From assembly GCA_963422375.2 (NCBI GenBank), contig OY729428.2, positions 992,001 to 1,056,000 on the forward strand: 64,000 bases of DNA. The letters are read 5' to 3'. Positions 39,929 to 51,000 of this stretch are shown in pieces. Both the position numbers and the translations under genes were made by a program. The stretch comes from Bryobacterales bacterium. GTDB lineage: Bacteria > Acidobacteriota > Terriglobia > Bryobacterales > UBA6623. The number at the start of each line of letters is the position of its first letter. The first letter of the stretch is position 1. Under the pieces are notes generated by a model. That model was not told where the DNA came from and did no database searches. It was given only the letters and a program-made list of their open reading frames with translations.

Positions 39929-41100
39929 TTGCCTACTTGTCGCTCCGCGAAGCGCAGCAGGCGATCTGGATCTTAGAAGAAGCGCGACCTGAGCATGCCA
40001 AGGCCGTGGAGATGCTGAACGAGCGTGGCGTCGGTCGGATTTGGCTGATCAAGGCGCAGGTCATCAGGATCGGCAACTCCGCTCCGGCACCGCTGTTCAC
40101 CGTCATCGTCAAGCCGTCCGAAATGGATGAACATGAAGACAAGGAGACAACCGCGTCCGGGGTCTCGCCGACTCAGGCCAGAAAGCGAGAATTCCTGTAC
40201 GAACTCTTCAAACAGGCGCGGACGGAGGGAATCGATTCGCCGTTCAAGGATCGAGCGCCAAGCATTCACGGATCTGTTCGCACTCATGCAAAGGGTCCGG
40301 GGCTTGTCTACATAGTGGCCGTGAACAAGGACCGGTCGCGGGCCCTCGTATCCAACATGCTTGGTAAGTGGACCAGTGCGCTAGCTGCCCTAGCTGACGA
40401 GCGAACCGACATCGACGCTGCTATTACCTCGGCGGGCCTAAGTGGCACGCTGGTATGGCCCGACCGTGTGGGAGAAGACTATGAAGGCGATTGGACAATT
40501 GCTTACCACGTAGACGCCGGCTGGGATTCGATCAAGCTTGGCGTCACGCCCGGGGCGGACTTGAGGAAGAGAATGCGAGAGATCAACCTTGCCGCGGCCG
40601 CGATGAAGACCGCGCTTCAGCCACACATCGACCAACTCGATCCAAGTCTTGAAGAGGATTCCGCAGTGTCGTCTTAGCCAGTCCCCCGGTAACGGCCGCA
40701 TCCTAGGTTGCAACCCCGACAAAACGGATCACAACACCTAGACCTCGTCGGGGTTGCGCTGCGGCTTCAGGACGAATCCGTCCAGCGCAATCTCGCGTCT
40801 CGCGTCAACCCCGTGACTGGCCGGATCCCCGATCCTGACGCAGAGGAAGTGCTCACTCCGGTTCCGCCTCGCTCGGCCGGCCGGACATCCATTGTGGATA
40901 GTCGGCAACGCCTTCAAGTAGTACGCTCCGCAAACGTCGCACGCCCCAAGCAGAATTCGCAGCGGGGCGGAGAACGAATCCGTATCGCCGAAGGCAGAAT
41001 CGCGATCGAGGGCGGCCATTCGTCCGATTCCGGGGCCTTCCGGACGGGAGGGCTGGCCCGGAGGCTCTGATACAGTGGCCTCCAACTGTCGCAGCGCAAC

Positions 41101-43647
41101 GTGCAGACGATTCTCCGCATCGCCGTGATGTCCTGCATCTTGCTGGAGGGCGGTTACGGCCAACCGCCCTCCATCAGCTTCGAGCGGGACGTTCTCCCGA
41201 TCATCCGGGAACGGTGCGGCGGGTGCCACAGCGAGGCCACCAGATCGGGCGGCCTGCGACTCGACGGACGCGACCACGCGTTGCTCGGGGGGAACTCCGG
41301 CGCGGCCATCAAGCCCGGCCTTGGCGCCGAGAGCCTACTCGTCAGGATGCTCGCCGCGGAGGCGGGTGACAGGCCGTCGATGCCGCTGGGATCGAATCCC
41401 CTCCCAGCGTTTCAAATCGCACTGATCAAGTCGTGGATCGACCAAGGCGCGATCTGGCCCGTGGCCGCGGCGTCCGGCGGAGGCGGAAGCCGACACTGGT
41501 CTCTCGAGCGGCCCGAGCGGCCGCCCGTCCCCCGGGTTCGCGACGAGACCCGGGTCCGCAACCCGATCGACTCATTCGTCGCGGCCCGCCTAGACGCTGC
41601 TGGCATTACCCCTGCGCCGGAAGCGCCGCCGCACGTGCTGCTGCGACGGCTGAGCCTCGACCTGACCGGCATCCCGCCGGGCCCGGACGAGACCGCCCGC
41701 TTCAAAGCAGGCGCCGAGAGCTACCAGCAAGCAGTGGAGCGGCTGCTCGCGTCCCCGCACAGCGGCGAAACGCAGGCGCTGCACTGGCTGGACCAAGCCC
41801 GCTTCGGCGAGAGCGACGGCTACCAAGCCGACTACATCCGGCCATTCGCGTGGCGCTGGCGCCACTGGGTGATCGACGCATTCAACCGCAACATCGGATT
41901 CGACCGCTTCACCCTGGAGCAGATCGCCGGCGACCTGCTCCAGGGCGCGACAGTCGAGCAGCACGTCGCCACGGGCTTCCACCGCAACGCCCTGCACAAT
42001 CGCGAGGGCGGGTTCCCTATCGAGATGGACCGCGTGGAGAGAACGGTCGAGCGCACCAGCGCGGTGGGAACGGTGTGGCTTGGCCTGACCGTCGGCTGCG
42101 CCCGCTGCCACGACCACAAGTTCGATCCGATCAGCCAGAGGGACTTCTACGGGCTGTACGCCTTCTTCAACACGGCGACCGAGACCGACATTGACGCGCC
42201 CCTGCCGGGCGAGCGAGGCCCGTACGAGAGGCGCCGCCCGGAATTCGAGAGACGGCGCGCGGAGCTCTTCGCGCGCTATAGCATTCCCGAGCTGCAGGCC
42301 TACTGGGAGAGCCGGATCCTCGAGTCGGCCACCAATCCGGATTCCGAACTGGAACCGATCTGGAAAGTCCTGTGGGACCTGCTCCTGTTCGAGCTGGACG
42401 GCGGGACGGAGACCGTCCGCACGCCGGTTGAGCGGCGGAGTCCCAAGCAAGTCGACCGGCTCTCCGGCTACTTCGCGAGAAGCGTAGTCGGGGGCTACGA
42501 CTTCCAAACGCCTCCGGGCTACAAGGACGTCGACTTCCCCGCGCTGAGAAAGGCCTTCAAGGACCTGGAGGCGGAGTACCCTGGCCTGACGCAGGCCTAC
42601 GCGATGGCCGACAGCCCCGTCCCCCGGCAGACCCGGATCTTGGTAGGAGGGGACTACCGCCAGCCCGGGCTTCCAGTGGAGCCGGCGGGGCCGGCCGCGC
42701 TGCCCCCGCTGCAGGCGCGCGAACCGACCCGCCTCGACCTAGCGTGCTGGCTGGTGTCGCCTGAAAACCCGCTCACCGCGCGAGTGACGGTCAACCGCGT
42801 CTGGCAGCAGTACTTCGGATCCGGATTGGTCACGACACCGGAGGACTTCGGGACCCGCGGTAGCCGTCCGAGCCACCCGCAGCTGCTCGACTGGCTCGCG
42901 GTGGAGTTCGTCGAGAGCGGGTGGGACCTCGACGCACTACAACGCCTGATCGTGACCTCGGCCACCTACCGGCAGTCCTCCGACATCCGCCCGGACTTGG
43001 CGCGGATCGACCCCGGTAACCGCCTGCTGGCCCGCCAGAGCCGCCTCCGCCTGCCAGCGGAGTCGATTCGCGACAGCGCGCTCGCGGCAGCCGGACTGCT
43101 GGACCGGCGCATCGGCGGCCCGAGCGTGCGGCCGTACCTCCCGGAAGGTGCCACCGAAATCGGATTCGGCAATTTCGTGCAATGGCCGCAGAGCGCCGGA
43201 GCCGACAATTACCGGCGCGGCCTCTACATATTCCGGCAGCGCACGCTTCCCTATCCGCAACTCGAGACGTTCGACGCCCCGGACAGCGCCCAAGTCGCCT
43301 GCAAGCGCGACCGCTCGACGACTCCGCTCCAGGCGCTGACCCTGCTGAACGATCCGGTCTTCGCCGAGGCCGCCGGCGCGCTGGCCAAGCGCGTGGCGCA
43401 AGAGACCGAATCCGGACCCGGAGATCGCGTCCGGCACCTCTTCCGCCTCTGCCTCGCACGGAACCCAAGCGCCGAGGAGGAGAGCCGGCTGCTTGCATAC
43501 TACCGCCAGCAGCGCCGGATCCTAGAGAGCGAGGCCGACGCTGCGCGCTCGGACCAGGCTCCCGGCGGTGCCGGCTTGGAGACATCCGCTTGGACCGCCG
43601 TCGCTAGCGTTCTGCTGAATCTGGCGGAGTTCCTCACGCGGGCGTGA
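41101..43647 (+). CDS. PSD1/planctomycete cytochrome c domain protein
   Basis: CGGCH, CARCHDHKFDP, NPIDSFV, PSHPQLLDWLA, TPLQALTLLND. Confidence 0.92.
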   Translation: MQTILRIAVMSCILLEGGYGQPPSISFERDVLPIIRERCGGCHSEATRSGGLRLDGRDHALLGGNSGAAIKPGLGAESLLVRMLAAEAGDRPSMPLGSNPLPAFQIALIKSWIDQGAIWPVAAASGGGGSRHWSLERPERPPVPRVRDETRVRNPIDSFVAARLDAAGITPAPEAPPHVLLRRLSLDLTGIPPGPDETARFKAGAESYQQAVERLLASPHSGETQALHWLDQARFGESDGYQADYIRPFAWRWRHWVIDAFNRNIGFDRFTLEQIAGDLLQGATVEQHVATGFHRNALHNREGGFPIEMDRVERTVERTSAVGTVWLGLTVGCARCHDHKFDPISQRDFYGLYAFFNTATETDIDAPLPGERGPYERRRPEFERRRAELFARYSIPELQAYWESRILESATNPDSELEPIWKVLWDLLLFELDGGTETVRTPVERRSPKQVDRLSGYFARSVVGGYDFQTPPGYKDVDFPALRKAFKDLEAEYPGLTQAYAMADSPVPRQTRILVGGDYRQPGLPVEPAGPAALPPLQAREPTRLDLACWLVSPENPLTARVTVNRVWQQYFGSGLVTTPEDFGTRGSRPSHPQLLDWLAVEFVESGWDLDALQRLIVTSATYRQSSDIRPDLARIDPGNRLLARQSRLRLPAESIRDSALAAAGLLDRRIGGPSVRPYLPEGATEIGFGNFVQWPQSAGADNYRRGLYIFRQRTLPYPQLETFDAPDSAQVACKRDRSTTPLQALTLLNDPVFAEAAGALAKRVAQETESGPGDRVRHLFRLCLARNPSAEEESRLLAYYRQQRRILESEADAARSDQAPGGAGLETSAWTAVASVLLNLAEFLTRA

Positions 43648-43690
43648 ACGGGACCCTCGGCGGGGCCGCGGGTAAGCTGGTACGCGAACG

Positions 43691-45148
43691 GTGAAGGTCC
43701 CCCAGCAATCGTCGTCAAGCTGTCCGGGTTCGACCGCAGCGATTCCGAGCCGCCGACGCTTTCTAGCGGACTCCGCCTGCGGCCTCGGCGCCATCGCCCT
43801 CGGCCAGCTGCTCGCGGAAGACGGCCTGCTCGCGACGGCGGAGGACCCGCTGCTGCCGCGCCCGCCGCACTTCGGCGCGACCGCGAGAAACGTGATCTTC
43901 CTGTTTCAGGCGGGCGGGCCCAGCCAGCTCGACCTGCTCGACCACAAGCCCTCGATGCGCCGCTGGGACGGGCAGCCCCTACCAGAGTCCCGCGCCGCCG
44001 GCCTCGAGCTCGCCTTCATCCGGCCCGACGCCAGGATCTGGGCGAGCCCGCGCCCCTTCCGACGCTTCGGGGAGAGCGGACTGGAATTCTCCGATCTCCT
44101 GCCCCGCACGGCCCGTCTCGCCGACGACCTCTGCGTGGTGCGGTCCGTGACGACCGACCAGATCAACCATCACACCGGCCAGCTGATGATGGCTTGCGGC
44201 ACTCCGTTCGTCGGACATCCCTCGATGGGCTCGTGGGTCACCTACGGGCTCGGAAGCGAATCGCGCGACCTGCCCGGGTTCGTCGTCCTGAATTCCGGCA
44301 GCGGGGCCGACGCCGGCAGCGGCATCTGGTCAAGCGGCTTCCTGCCGTCCGGCTACCAGGGCGTGCCGTTCCGCAGCAAGGGGGACCCGGTGCTGCACCT
44401 GTCGAGCCCGCCGGGGTACAGCCGGACCTCGCAGCGGGCCCGGCTCGACGCGCTCCGCGATCTAAACGAGATGCAGCTGGCCGAGAGCGGCGATCCGGAG
44501 GTCGCCGCGCGCATCGCGTCGTACGAGCTCGCCTATCGGATGCAGGCAGCCGCGCCGGAGCTGCTCGACTTCTCCGCCGAGTCCCGATCAACCCTCGAGG
44601 CCTACGGCGTGGAGGAGAAGGAAACCGCGCAGTTCGGCCGGAGCTGCCTGCTGGCCAGGCGCATGGTCGAGCGCGGCGTGCGCTTCGTGCAGATCGTGCA
44701 TGCGAGCTGGGACCACCATGCCGAGCTCGAGAAGGGCATCGAGAAGGAGTGCCGGGCGACCGACGGGCCGGCGGCCGCCCTCGTAGCCGATTTGAAACGT
44801 CGCGGCCTCCTAGACTCCACGCTGGTCGTCTGGGGCGGCGAGTTCGGACGTACCCCCATGGTCGAGGACCGCACCCCGAGCCGCACGGCGAGCCGCGGAC
44901 GGGACCACCACCGGCTGGCCTTCAGCATGTGGATGGCCGGCGGAGGCATACGGTCCGGGCAGTCGATCGGACGGACTGACGACCTCGGTCTCGAGGTCGT
45001 CGAGGATCCGATCGGGGTGAACGATCTTCAGGCGACAATCCTGCACTGCCTCGGCCTGGACCACACCAAGCTGACGTTCCGGCACCAAGGCCGCGACTTC
45101 CGCTTGACCGACGTCCGCGGCAACGTGATGAAAGAGCTCCTGGCCTAG
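43691..45148 (+). CDS. DUF1501 protein (Tat signal)
   Basis: SRRRFL; GGPSQLDLLDHKP; WGGEFGRTP; GRDHH. Confidence 0.93.
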   Translation: MKVPQQSSSSCPGSTAAIPSRRRFLADSACGLGAIALGQLLAEDGLLATAEDPLLPRPPHFGATARNVIFLFQAGGPSQLDLLDHKPSMRRWDGQPLPESRAAGLELAFIRPDARIWASPRPFRRFGESGLEFSDLLPRTARLADDLCVVRSVTTDQINHHTGQLMMACGTPFVGHPSMGSWVTYGLGSESRDLPGFVVLNSGSGADAGSGIWSSGFLPSGYQGVPFRSKGDPVLHLSSPPGYSRTSQRARLDALRDLNEMQLAESGDPEVAARIASYELAYRMQAAAPELLDFSAESRSTLEAYGVEEKETAQFGRSCLLARRMVERGVRFVQIVHASWDHHAELEKGIEKECRATDGPAAALVADLKRRGLLDSTLVVWGGEFGRTPMVEDRTPSRTASRGRDHHRLAFSMWMAGGGIRSGQSIGRTDDLGLEVVEDPIGVNDLQATILHCLGLDHTKLTFRHQGRDFRLTDVRGNVMKELLA

Positions 45149-45223
45149 ATGCGGCCTGGACCGGCTTCCGGGGCTGGCCCGTACACTACAGGAGAACCTC
45201 GGCCGGACGGCCGCGGACTCTCG

Positions 45224-47032
45224 ATGCTCCGCCTGTCGGCGCGCTCGGCCGCCTTGGCTCTGGCGCTTTGCGTCGCGACGCCGGTCCGTCCCGACACCGC
45301 AGCGACCGTCCGCCGGATCTGGCACGGACAAGGCGTGAACCTCTGGGGGGCTCCGTCCCCCGACGGCCGCTGGCTTTCCTTCGTAGACGCCGCCACCGGC
45401 GATCTCGCCCTCCGCCGCGCCGACGGGGGCTCGCCGGCGCCGGTCGCCCGGCTGACAGCGGCCGGAGCGGGCGAGTTCGGCTATTTCTCGGTGTTCGACC
45501 GCGCGGGGGAGCGGGTGGCCTTCGCCTGGTTCAATTCCGCGGGCCACTACGATCTGAGGATCGCGCCGGCGGATCCCGAGGCAGCCGGACCTGCCCTGAC
45601 GTCGGTTCTGTTCAGCAATCCCGAAGTGCGCTTCGTGCAGCCCTGCGCCTGGTCCGCCGACGGCGGGAGCGTGCTGGCCCTCTTCTTCCGCGAGGACAAC
45701 AGCAGCCAGATCGCCCTCGTGGACGCCGAGACAGGGGCGGTCACGCCACTGCGGTCGCTGCACTGGATCTACCCCAAGCGCATGGACCTCTCGCCGGACG
45801 GACGCTTCGTCGTGTACGACAATCTCTCCGCGCCCGACGGCGCCGAACGGGACCTGTACCTCCTGCGCGCGGACGGCTCGGACGAGCGCCGGCTGCTGGC
45901 AGGCGGGGCGAACGACGAGTCGCCGGTCTGGTCCCACGACGGAGGGACGATCTGGTTCGTTAGCGACAGGGACGGCAGCCCGGGGATCTGGTCGGTCGAG
46001 ATAAGGGAGGGGGAGGTCACCGCGCCGCCGCGCCGAAGGTCGACCAGCCTGCCGCGCGTGCTGCTGATGGGTGCCACGCGGGCGGGCGGAGTGTTCTTCG
46101 GCAAGCGCGCCGGCACGTCGCGCCTGTACGCGCAAGGGTGGGATCCGGCAGCGGGGTGGCCTTCATCCGGTCCCGAGCCGATGGAAGCCGAGGCACCGGT
46201 CTCCGACCGCTCGCTCCCGGTCTTCTCCCCCGACGGGGAGTTCCTGGCGTTCCTGGCGCGGGTCGGCACCGAGAACCAAGGCCGCGGCCACCGGAGCATC
46301 GTCCTGCAGTCTCTGCGGAACGGAGCGAGCGCCGCAATCCAGGCCCGCCTGACATTCGTGCGAGCCATGCAGTTCTCGCCCGACGGCCGCTCGCTGCTCC
46401 TTGCGGGAAGCGACCGGAGGGGGCGCGCCGGCCTGTTCCTCCACGACCGGCGCACCGAGCGGACGCGACCGGTCGCGCTCGCGGGCGGCCCGGACGTCGA
46501 GGGCATCCCGGGGATCTTCGGACGTTCCGGGAGATCCGCCATTCTGGTCCTGCCGGATTCGGACGGCATGGCCCCCTCGCTCGTCGAGCGGCCCCTGTCG
46601 GCCGACGGGTCCGACCGGCGGATCGCCCCGATTCCCGCGGGGACGCGAACTCTCGCTCTGGCAGCCTCTCCGGACGGGGGTCGCGTGGCTGTCGCCTGGA
46701 GCCGCGGGGAGACCGCCCCCCGCGCCACGGTGGCCGTGGTCGATTCCGACGGCGGGCCGGCCGAGCCGATCCTCGAGCTGCCGGGAGGAGCCCTCGACGC
46801 GCTGGCCTGGGCTCCCGGCGGCTCCCGCCTGCTCGTCGGCACGGAGAGCAAGGACGGCGCCCGGCTCTGGCTGATCTCGGCATCCGGCGAGACCATGCGG
46901 GAGATTCCGTCGCGGCAGGACCGCCTGCCGGGGATCGGCTTCTCGCCGGACGGGAAGTGGCTGGCGTACGCCGCGGGCCGGACCCGGCAGGAGGTTTGGG
47001 TCCTGGAGAGCGATGCAGCGCCCGCTCCGTAG
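45224..47032 (+). CDS. Secreted TolB/PD40-repeat beta-propeller protein
   Basis: Signal peptide; about ten (W/F)SPDG-type repeats. Start could be 45149. Confidence 0.85.
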   Translation: MLRLSARSAALALALCVATPVRPDTAATVRRIWHGQGVNLWGAPSPDGRWLSFVDAATGDLALRRADGGSPAPVARLTAAGAGEFGYFSVFDRAGERVAFAWFNSAGHYDLRIAPADPEAAGPALTSVLFSNPEVRFVQPCAWSADGGSVLALFFREDNSSQIALVDAETGAVTPLRSLHWIYPKRMDLSPDGRFVVYDNLSAPDGAERDLYLLRADGSDERRLLAGGANDESPVWSHDGGTIWFVSDRDGSPGIWSVEIREGEVTAPPRRRSTSLPRVLLMGATRAGGVFFGKRAGTSRLYAQGWDPAAGWPSSGPEPMEAEAPVSDRSLPVFSPDGEFLAFLARVGTENQGRGHRSIVLQSLRNGASAAIQARLTFVRAMQFSPDGRSLLLAGSDRRGRAGLFLHDRRTERTRPVALAGGPDVEGIPGIFGRSGRSAILVLPDSDGMAPSLVERPLSADGSDRRIAPIPAGTRTLALAASPDGGRVAVAWSRGETAPRATVAVVDSDGGPAEPILELPGGALDALAWAPGGSRLLVGTESKDGARLWLISASGETMREIPSRQDRLPGIGFSPDGKWLAYAAGRTRQEVWVLESDAAPAP

Positions 47033-48011
47033 GAAGGCGCTCCTCGCCGCCCTGCCGGCAGCGACCCTGCTAGCCGGCTCGCCCTGCCAGGGCCAGCCGC
47101 TGGAGCCCCTGCTCGGCCTCGACGCCTACATGGCGGTGCCGCCCGAAAACCCTCTCGGCAAGGAGCGGGTCGCGCTCGGACGGCGCCTCTTCTTCGACGA
47201 GCGGCTCTCGGCCGACCGCTCGCTCTCGTGCGCGACCTGCCACGAGCCCGAGCGCGCTTTCACGGACTCCCGCCCGGTCGCGGTGGGGGTCTTCGGGCGC
47301 AAGGGCGCCCGCAGGGTGCCCAAGCTGGTGAATCGGGGCTTCGGCACGAGCTTCTTCTGGGACGGGCGGGACGAGACCCTCGAGGAGCAGGTCTTCAAGC
47401 CGATCCTGAATCCACTGGAGATGGCGCTGACGGAAGACGCCGCCGTCGAGCGGGTGCGGAGCGACCCCGGGTACGCCCGGGCGTTCCGCTCGGCTTTCGG
47501 CTCCGAGCCGGACCGGCGCACGATCGCCTTCGCCCTCGCGAGCTTCGTCCGCACCATTCGCAGCGGCTCCTCACCGTACGACCGGCACATGGCCGGACAG
47601 GCAGGCGCCCTCGCTCCCCGCCAGCGCAGCGGGCTGCGGATCTTCCGGGGGAAGGCGAATTGCGGCGCCTGCCACGTCGGGCCCAACCTGACGGACGAGG
47701 GCTTCCACAACACGGGCGTCGGGTGGGGAGAGGCCGAGGCCGACGAGGGCCGCTACGCGGTCACCGGCCGCGCCGCCGACCGAGGCGCCTTCAAGACGCC
47801 CACCCTGCGCGAAGCGGCCGGGACGGGACCCTACATGCACGACGGCAGCCTGGCCACGCTGAGCGAGGTCGTCGATTTCTACGACGAGGGCGGCAGGCCC
47901 AACCCCTATCTCGACCCGGAGATCGCTCCGCTGGGATTGACGGACGCGGAGAAGGCGGACCTGCTGGAATTCCTGCGGTCCCTGAGCGGAAGGGTCGCGA
48001 CGGGCCTCTAG
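47013..48011 (+). CDS. Diheme cytochrome c peroxidase/MauG family protein
   Basis: LGRRLFFD.RLS, CATCH, FFWDGR, CGACH, FKTPTLR, PYMHDG. Confidence 0.93.
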   Translation: MQRPLRRKALLAALPAATLLAGSPCQGQPLEPLLGLDAYMAVPPENPLGKERVALGRRLFFDERLSADRSLSCATCHEPERAFTDSRPVAVGVFGRKGARRVPKLVNRGFGTSFFWDGRDETLEEQVFKPILNPLEMALTEDAAVERVRSDPGYARAFRSAFGSEPDRRTIAFALASFVRTIRSGSSPYDRHMAGQAGALAPRQRSGLRIFRGKANCGACHVGPNLTDEGFHNTGVGWGEAEADEGRYAVTGRAADRGAFKTPTLREAAGTGPYMHDGSLATLSEVVDFYDEGGRPNPYLDPEIAPLGLTDAEKADLLEFLRSLSGRVATGL

Positions 48012-48041
48012 CGAGACCCGTCGCGACCCGAGCGACTCGCG

Positions 48042-51000
48042 CTACCAGATCAGCCGCAGGCTGTACTGCATCTCGCGCCCGGAATGGGTCCGCAACTGGC
48101 TGCGCACCTGACCGAACGTCCCCGAATTCACGTCCGTGCTCGGGTTCGCTCCCATGAAGCTGTTGGTCAGGTTGTAGCCCTCCATGCGGATTTCGACGTC
48201 AAGGGCCTCGGTGACCGCTACGGTCTTCATCAGAGTGAGGTCGAGGTTGGAGAAGAACGGCCCGCGCACGCCGTCGTACGACCACGGGTTGGAGCGCCTG
48301 GTGAATGCCGGGAGGTTGGAGAAGGCCGACGTGTCGAACATCCGCTCGTGGGTCGGATTGGAAACCTTGGGATTCCCGCTCACCTCCATGCCGCCGAAGC
48401 GCAGGACCTGCCCGCTCCAGTACTGGTAGATGCCCGTCACCTGCCAGCCTCCGATCACCTTGTCCAGGGACGAGGGCATGTCGCCCCCGATCTTGCGCTG
48501 CCGCCCCACCGGCAGCTCGTAGACGCCGCTGAGAGTGAGCTTGTGCCCGGTCTCGGGATCCTCCTGGTAGGTCAGCCGGCGGTCGAACGCGTCGACGGCG
48601 TCGTAGAACTCCTGGTTCCGAGCGGAATTCCAGTTGTAGCCGAGCAGGAAGTTGAAGCCGTTCGCGAACGGCCGCTGGATTTTGAGCTGGAGCGCCCGGT
48701 AGCGCTCGGAGCGGATGCCGGCGGCGCGCATCCAGATGTCGAAGTAGTGCGGGTAGGGCCGGATGAGCTGGGAGACCGAAACCGTGCGCCTGTTGCGCAG
48801 CGCGCCCGGCATCGCCGACTCGGGCACCCCGTAGAACGGGTTGGGAACGTTCCGGCTCACGGCCGAGCCGTGCGAGTACGAAATCCGCGGGTCCGCGAGG
48901 TTGAGCGGGAGGTTCTCCGCATGGTTCCTGCCGAAGTTCATGAACAGAGTGGCGTCGACCACGAACCGGTTCCAGGTCTCTCGCTGGAGGGTGAGGTTGA
49001 TCCGGTCGTTCATGCCGGCCTGCCAGTTCTGGTTGAAGAAGATGGACTCGCCGCTGCCGACGGTGGAGTAGATGCCGTAGCGCTTGCCGGGCGGCTCCAC
49101 GAGCGGGTTGGGATGCTCGCCGCCGGAGGGGAACGGATTGGCCAGATAGGACCTCGGCACTCCCTCGGCGGGCCGCAGCGGCACGGTCTGCGCGCTGAAG
49201 CCGGGATAAGGGGTGCTCCCGAGGATGCCCAGGGAGTCCTTTTCTTGGATCGGAGGCACGGCGTAGCGGGCGTAGCCGATGCGCAGGGCCGTCTTGTCGT
49301 TGACCCGGTAGGCAATTCCGATGCGGGGCAGGATCACGTTCTGCTGCGCGTTCCAGGAATACGGGTTGTCCCTGTCGGTGAAGTGCCAGGCTCCGGCGAG
49401 GCTCACCGGCCCGTTGCGGATCTGCAGGGCTTCGGCTGGGAAGGTGCCGACGGCCGCCTCGAGCTCGGGCAGGTTCTGGTCCAGGTCGATGTAGCGTGAA
49501 AGACGGTACTCCGGATCCCTCATCGGCAATTCGTATTCGTACCGCAGGCCCAGGTTCATCGTGACGCGGGGCGTGATTTTGAAGTCGTCATGCACGTAGA
49601 AGCCGTAGACGTCGACTCGCGGCCGGTTGGTCGGCACCGTCCGGACGCGCCCGTTGTTGAGAGCCCCGAGCATCATCGAGGCCCAGGCGTGGCCCACCTG
49701 GCCGGTGTTCGGACTGAAGATGGTGTCGGCTGTCTCGTGGGGCTGGAAGCGGAAGAACATCCCGCGAGGCCGGCCGGCGTCCACGCGCTGCGCCCTGTAC
49801 TGGTGCCCGACCTTGATGTAGTGGCGCCCCACGTTCTTGGCCAGCTTGACGTCCCAGTTCCAAGTGCGCGGCTCCTGGTACCAGAAGCCCGAACGCCCGA
49901 ATCGCGCGCGTGTGTCGGCTCGCACGTCGAGTTCGGGGAAGTACACCTCGGGGATGTCGCGGATGTGCGAGGAGTACCACGTGTTGCCCGGCCACAGCCG
50001 CTCCAGCCCCTCCGCGCCGATGATCGTCTCGGGGGTGTAGTACGAGTCGGTGATCTTGGAATAGGAAGCCCGCACGTTGAACACCGTGGTCGGGCTGATG
50101 GTCCAGACGACGTCGCCGGAAGTCTGGACCGAGTTGCGCGCGCTGCCCTGCCGCCGCTGCATGATCGATCCGCCCGTGTAGTTGGGCTCGCTCTGGTCGG
50201 TCTTGAAGCGGCTGATCCGGTAGAACATCTTCAGCTTGTCGCTGATGTTCCAGTCGACGCGGTCCGAGAAGTTGTAGTACTTGAACGTGATGGGGAACGT
50301 GTAGCGGTAGTTGTTGGCGCCGCTCGGATTGTCCGGGGCCCGGTTCGGCTGCCAGATGTCCGTCATCATCGTCAACGCGGTGGCGTCGAGGTCCTGCGCG
50401 GGAATGCGGTTGTTGGCGAACGGCGTGCGGAACGCCTCGCGGTCGCCGGTGATCTGCGTGGTGCGGGGATCGAAGATCTGCCGCAGGCCGCCGCTCCGAT
50501 TGAAGCTCTGGGAGAAGTCGCCGCCCCGCTCCATCGAAGTCGGCAGCGCCATCGCAGTCGTGCTTGGCGAGCGCAGGTCCTGGCCCTCGTAGGCGAAGAA
50601 GTTGAAGACCTTGTTCCGTACCACGGGATGGCCGACGGTGGCGCCCCATACGTTGCGGCGCACAACGCTCTTCTGCGCCGACAGGGGGTTCGGGCGGGCG
50701 TTGAGAGCCGGATTGCGCCCGAAGAAGTAGGCCGACCCGTGGAACTCGTTCGTGCCGCTCTTCATCTGCACCGAGACGACGCCGCCGGCCGTGTGCCCGA
50801 ATTCCGAGTCGGTGGCGTTCTGCTGGACGTTGACCTCCGACACGGCGTCGACCGCCGGGACGTAGGTCCCCTTGGCTCCCACGAGCTGCGGGACGCCGTC
50901 GAGCAGGACGCTGTTCTTGAGGCCCGTGTTGCCCCCGACGTCGAGCTGGCTCGCCGCCCAGTGGTGGAACGGGCTGTTCTCGCGCCCGCCGCGGTAGTTG

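Larger units (their letters stand above)
38347..40677 (+). pseudogene. DUF4268-like putative nuclease gene split by ISAzo13
   Basis: 5' part: IREVWGTEDRDFTPWL..VGDFSIDI..VIENQ..HLGQL. 3' part resumes at about 39929: Y..AIWI..RPEH..RIGNSAPAPLF. Confidence 0.75.

Noticed and set aside
40738..41019. Small minus-strand ORF with a CxxC motif
   Set aside because: No supporting family signal or RBS; cannot be distinguished from chance.
48011..48043. GC hairpin between the convergent peroxidase and TonB genes
   Set aside because: Imperfect stem with no U-tract; not enough to call a terminator.
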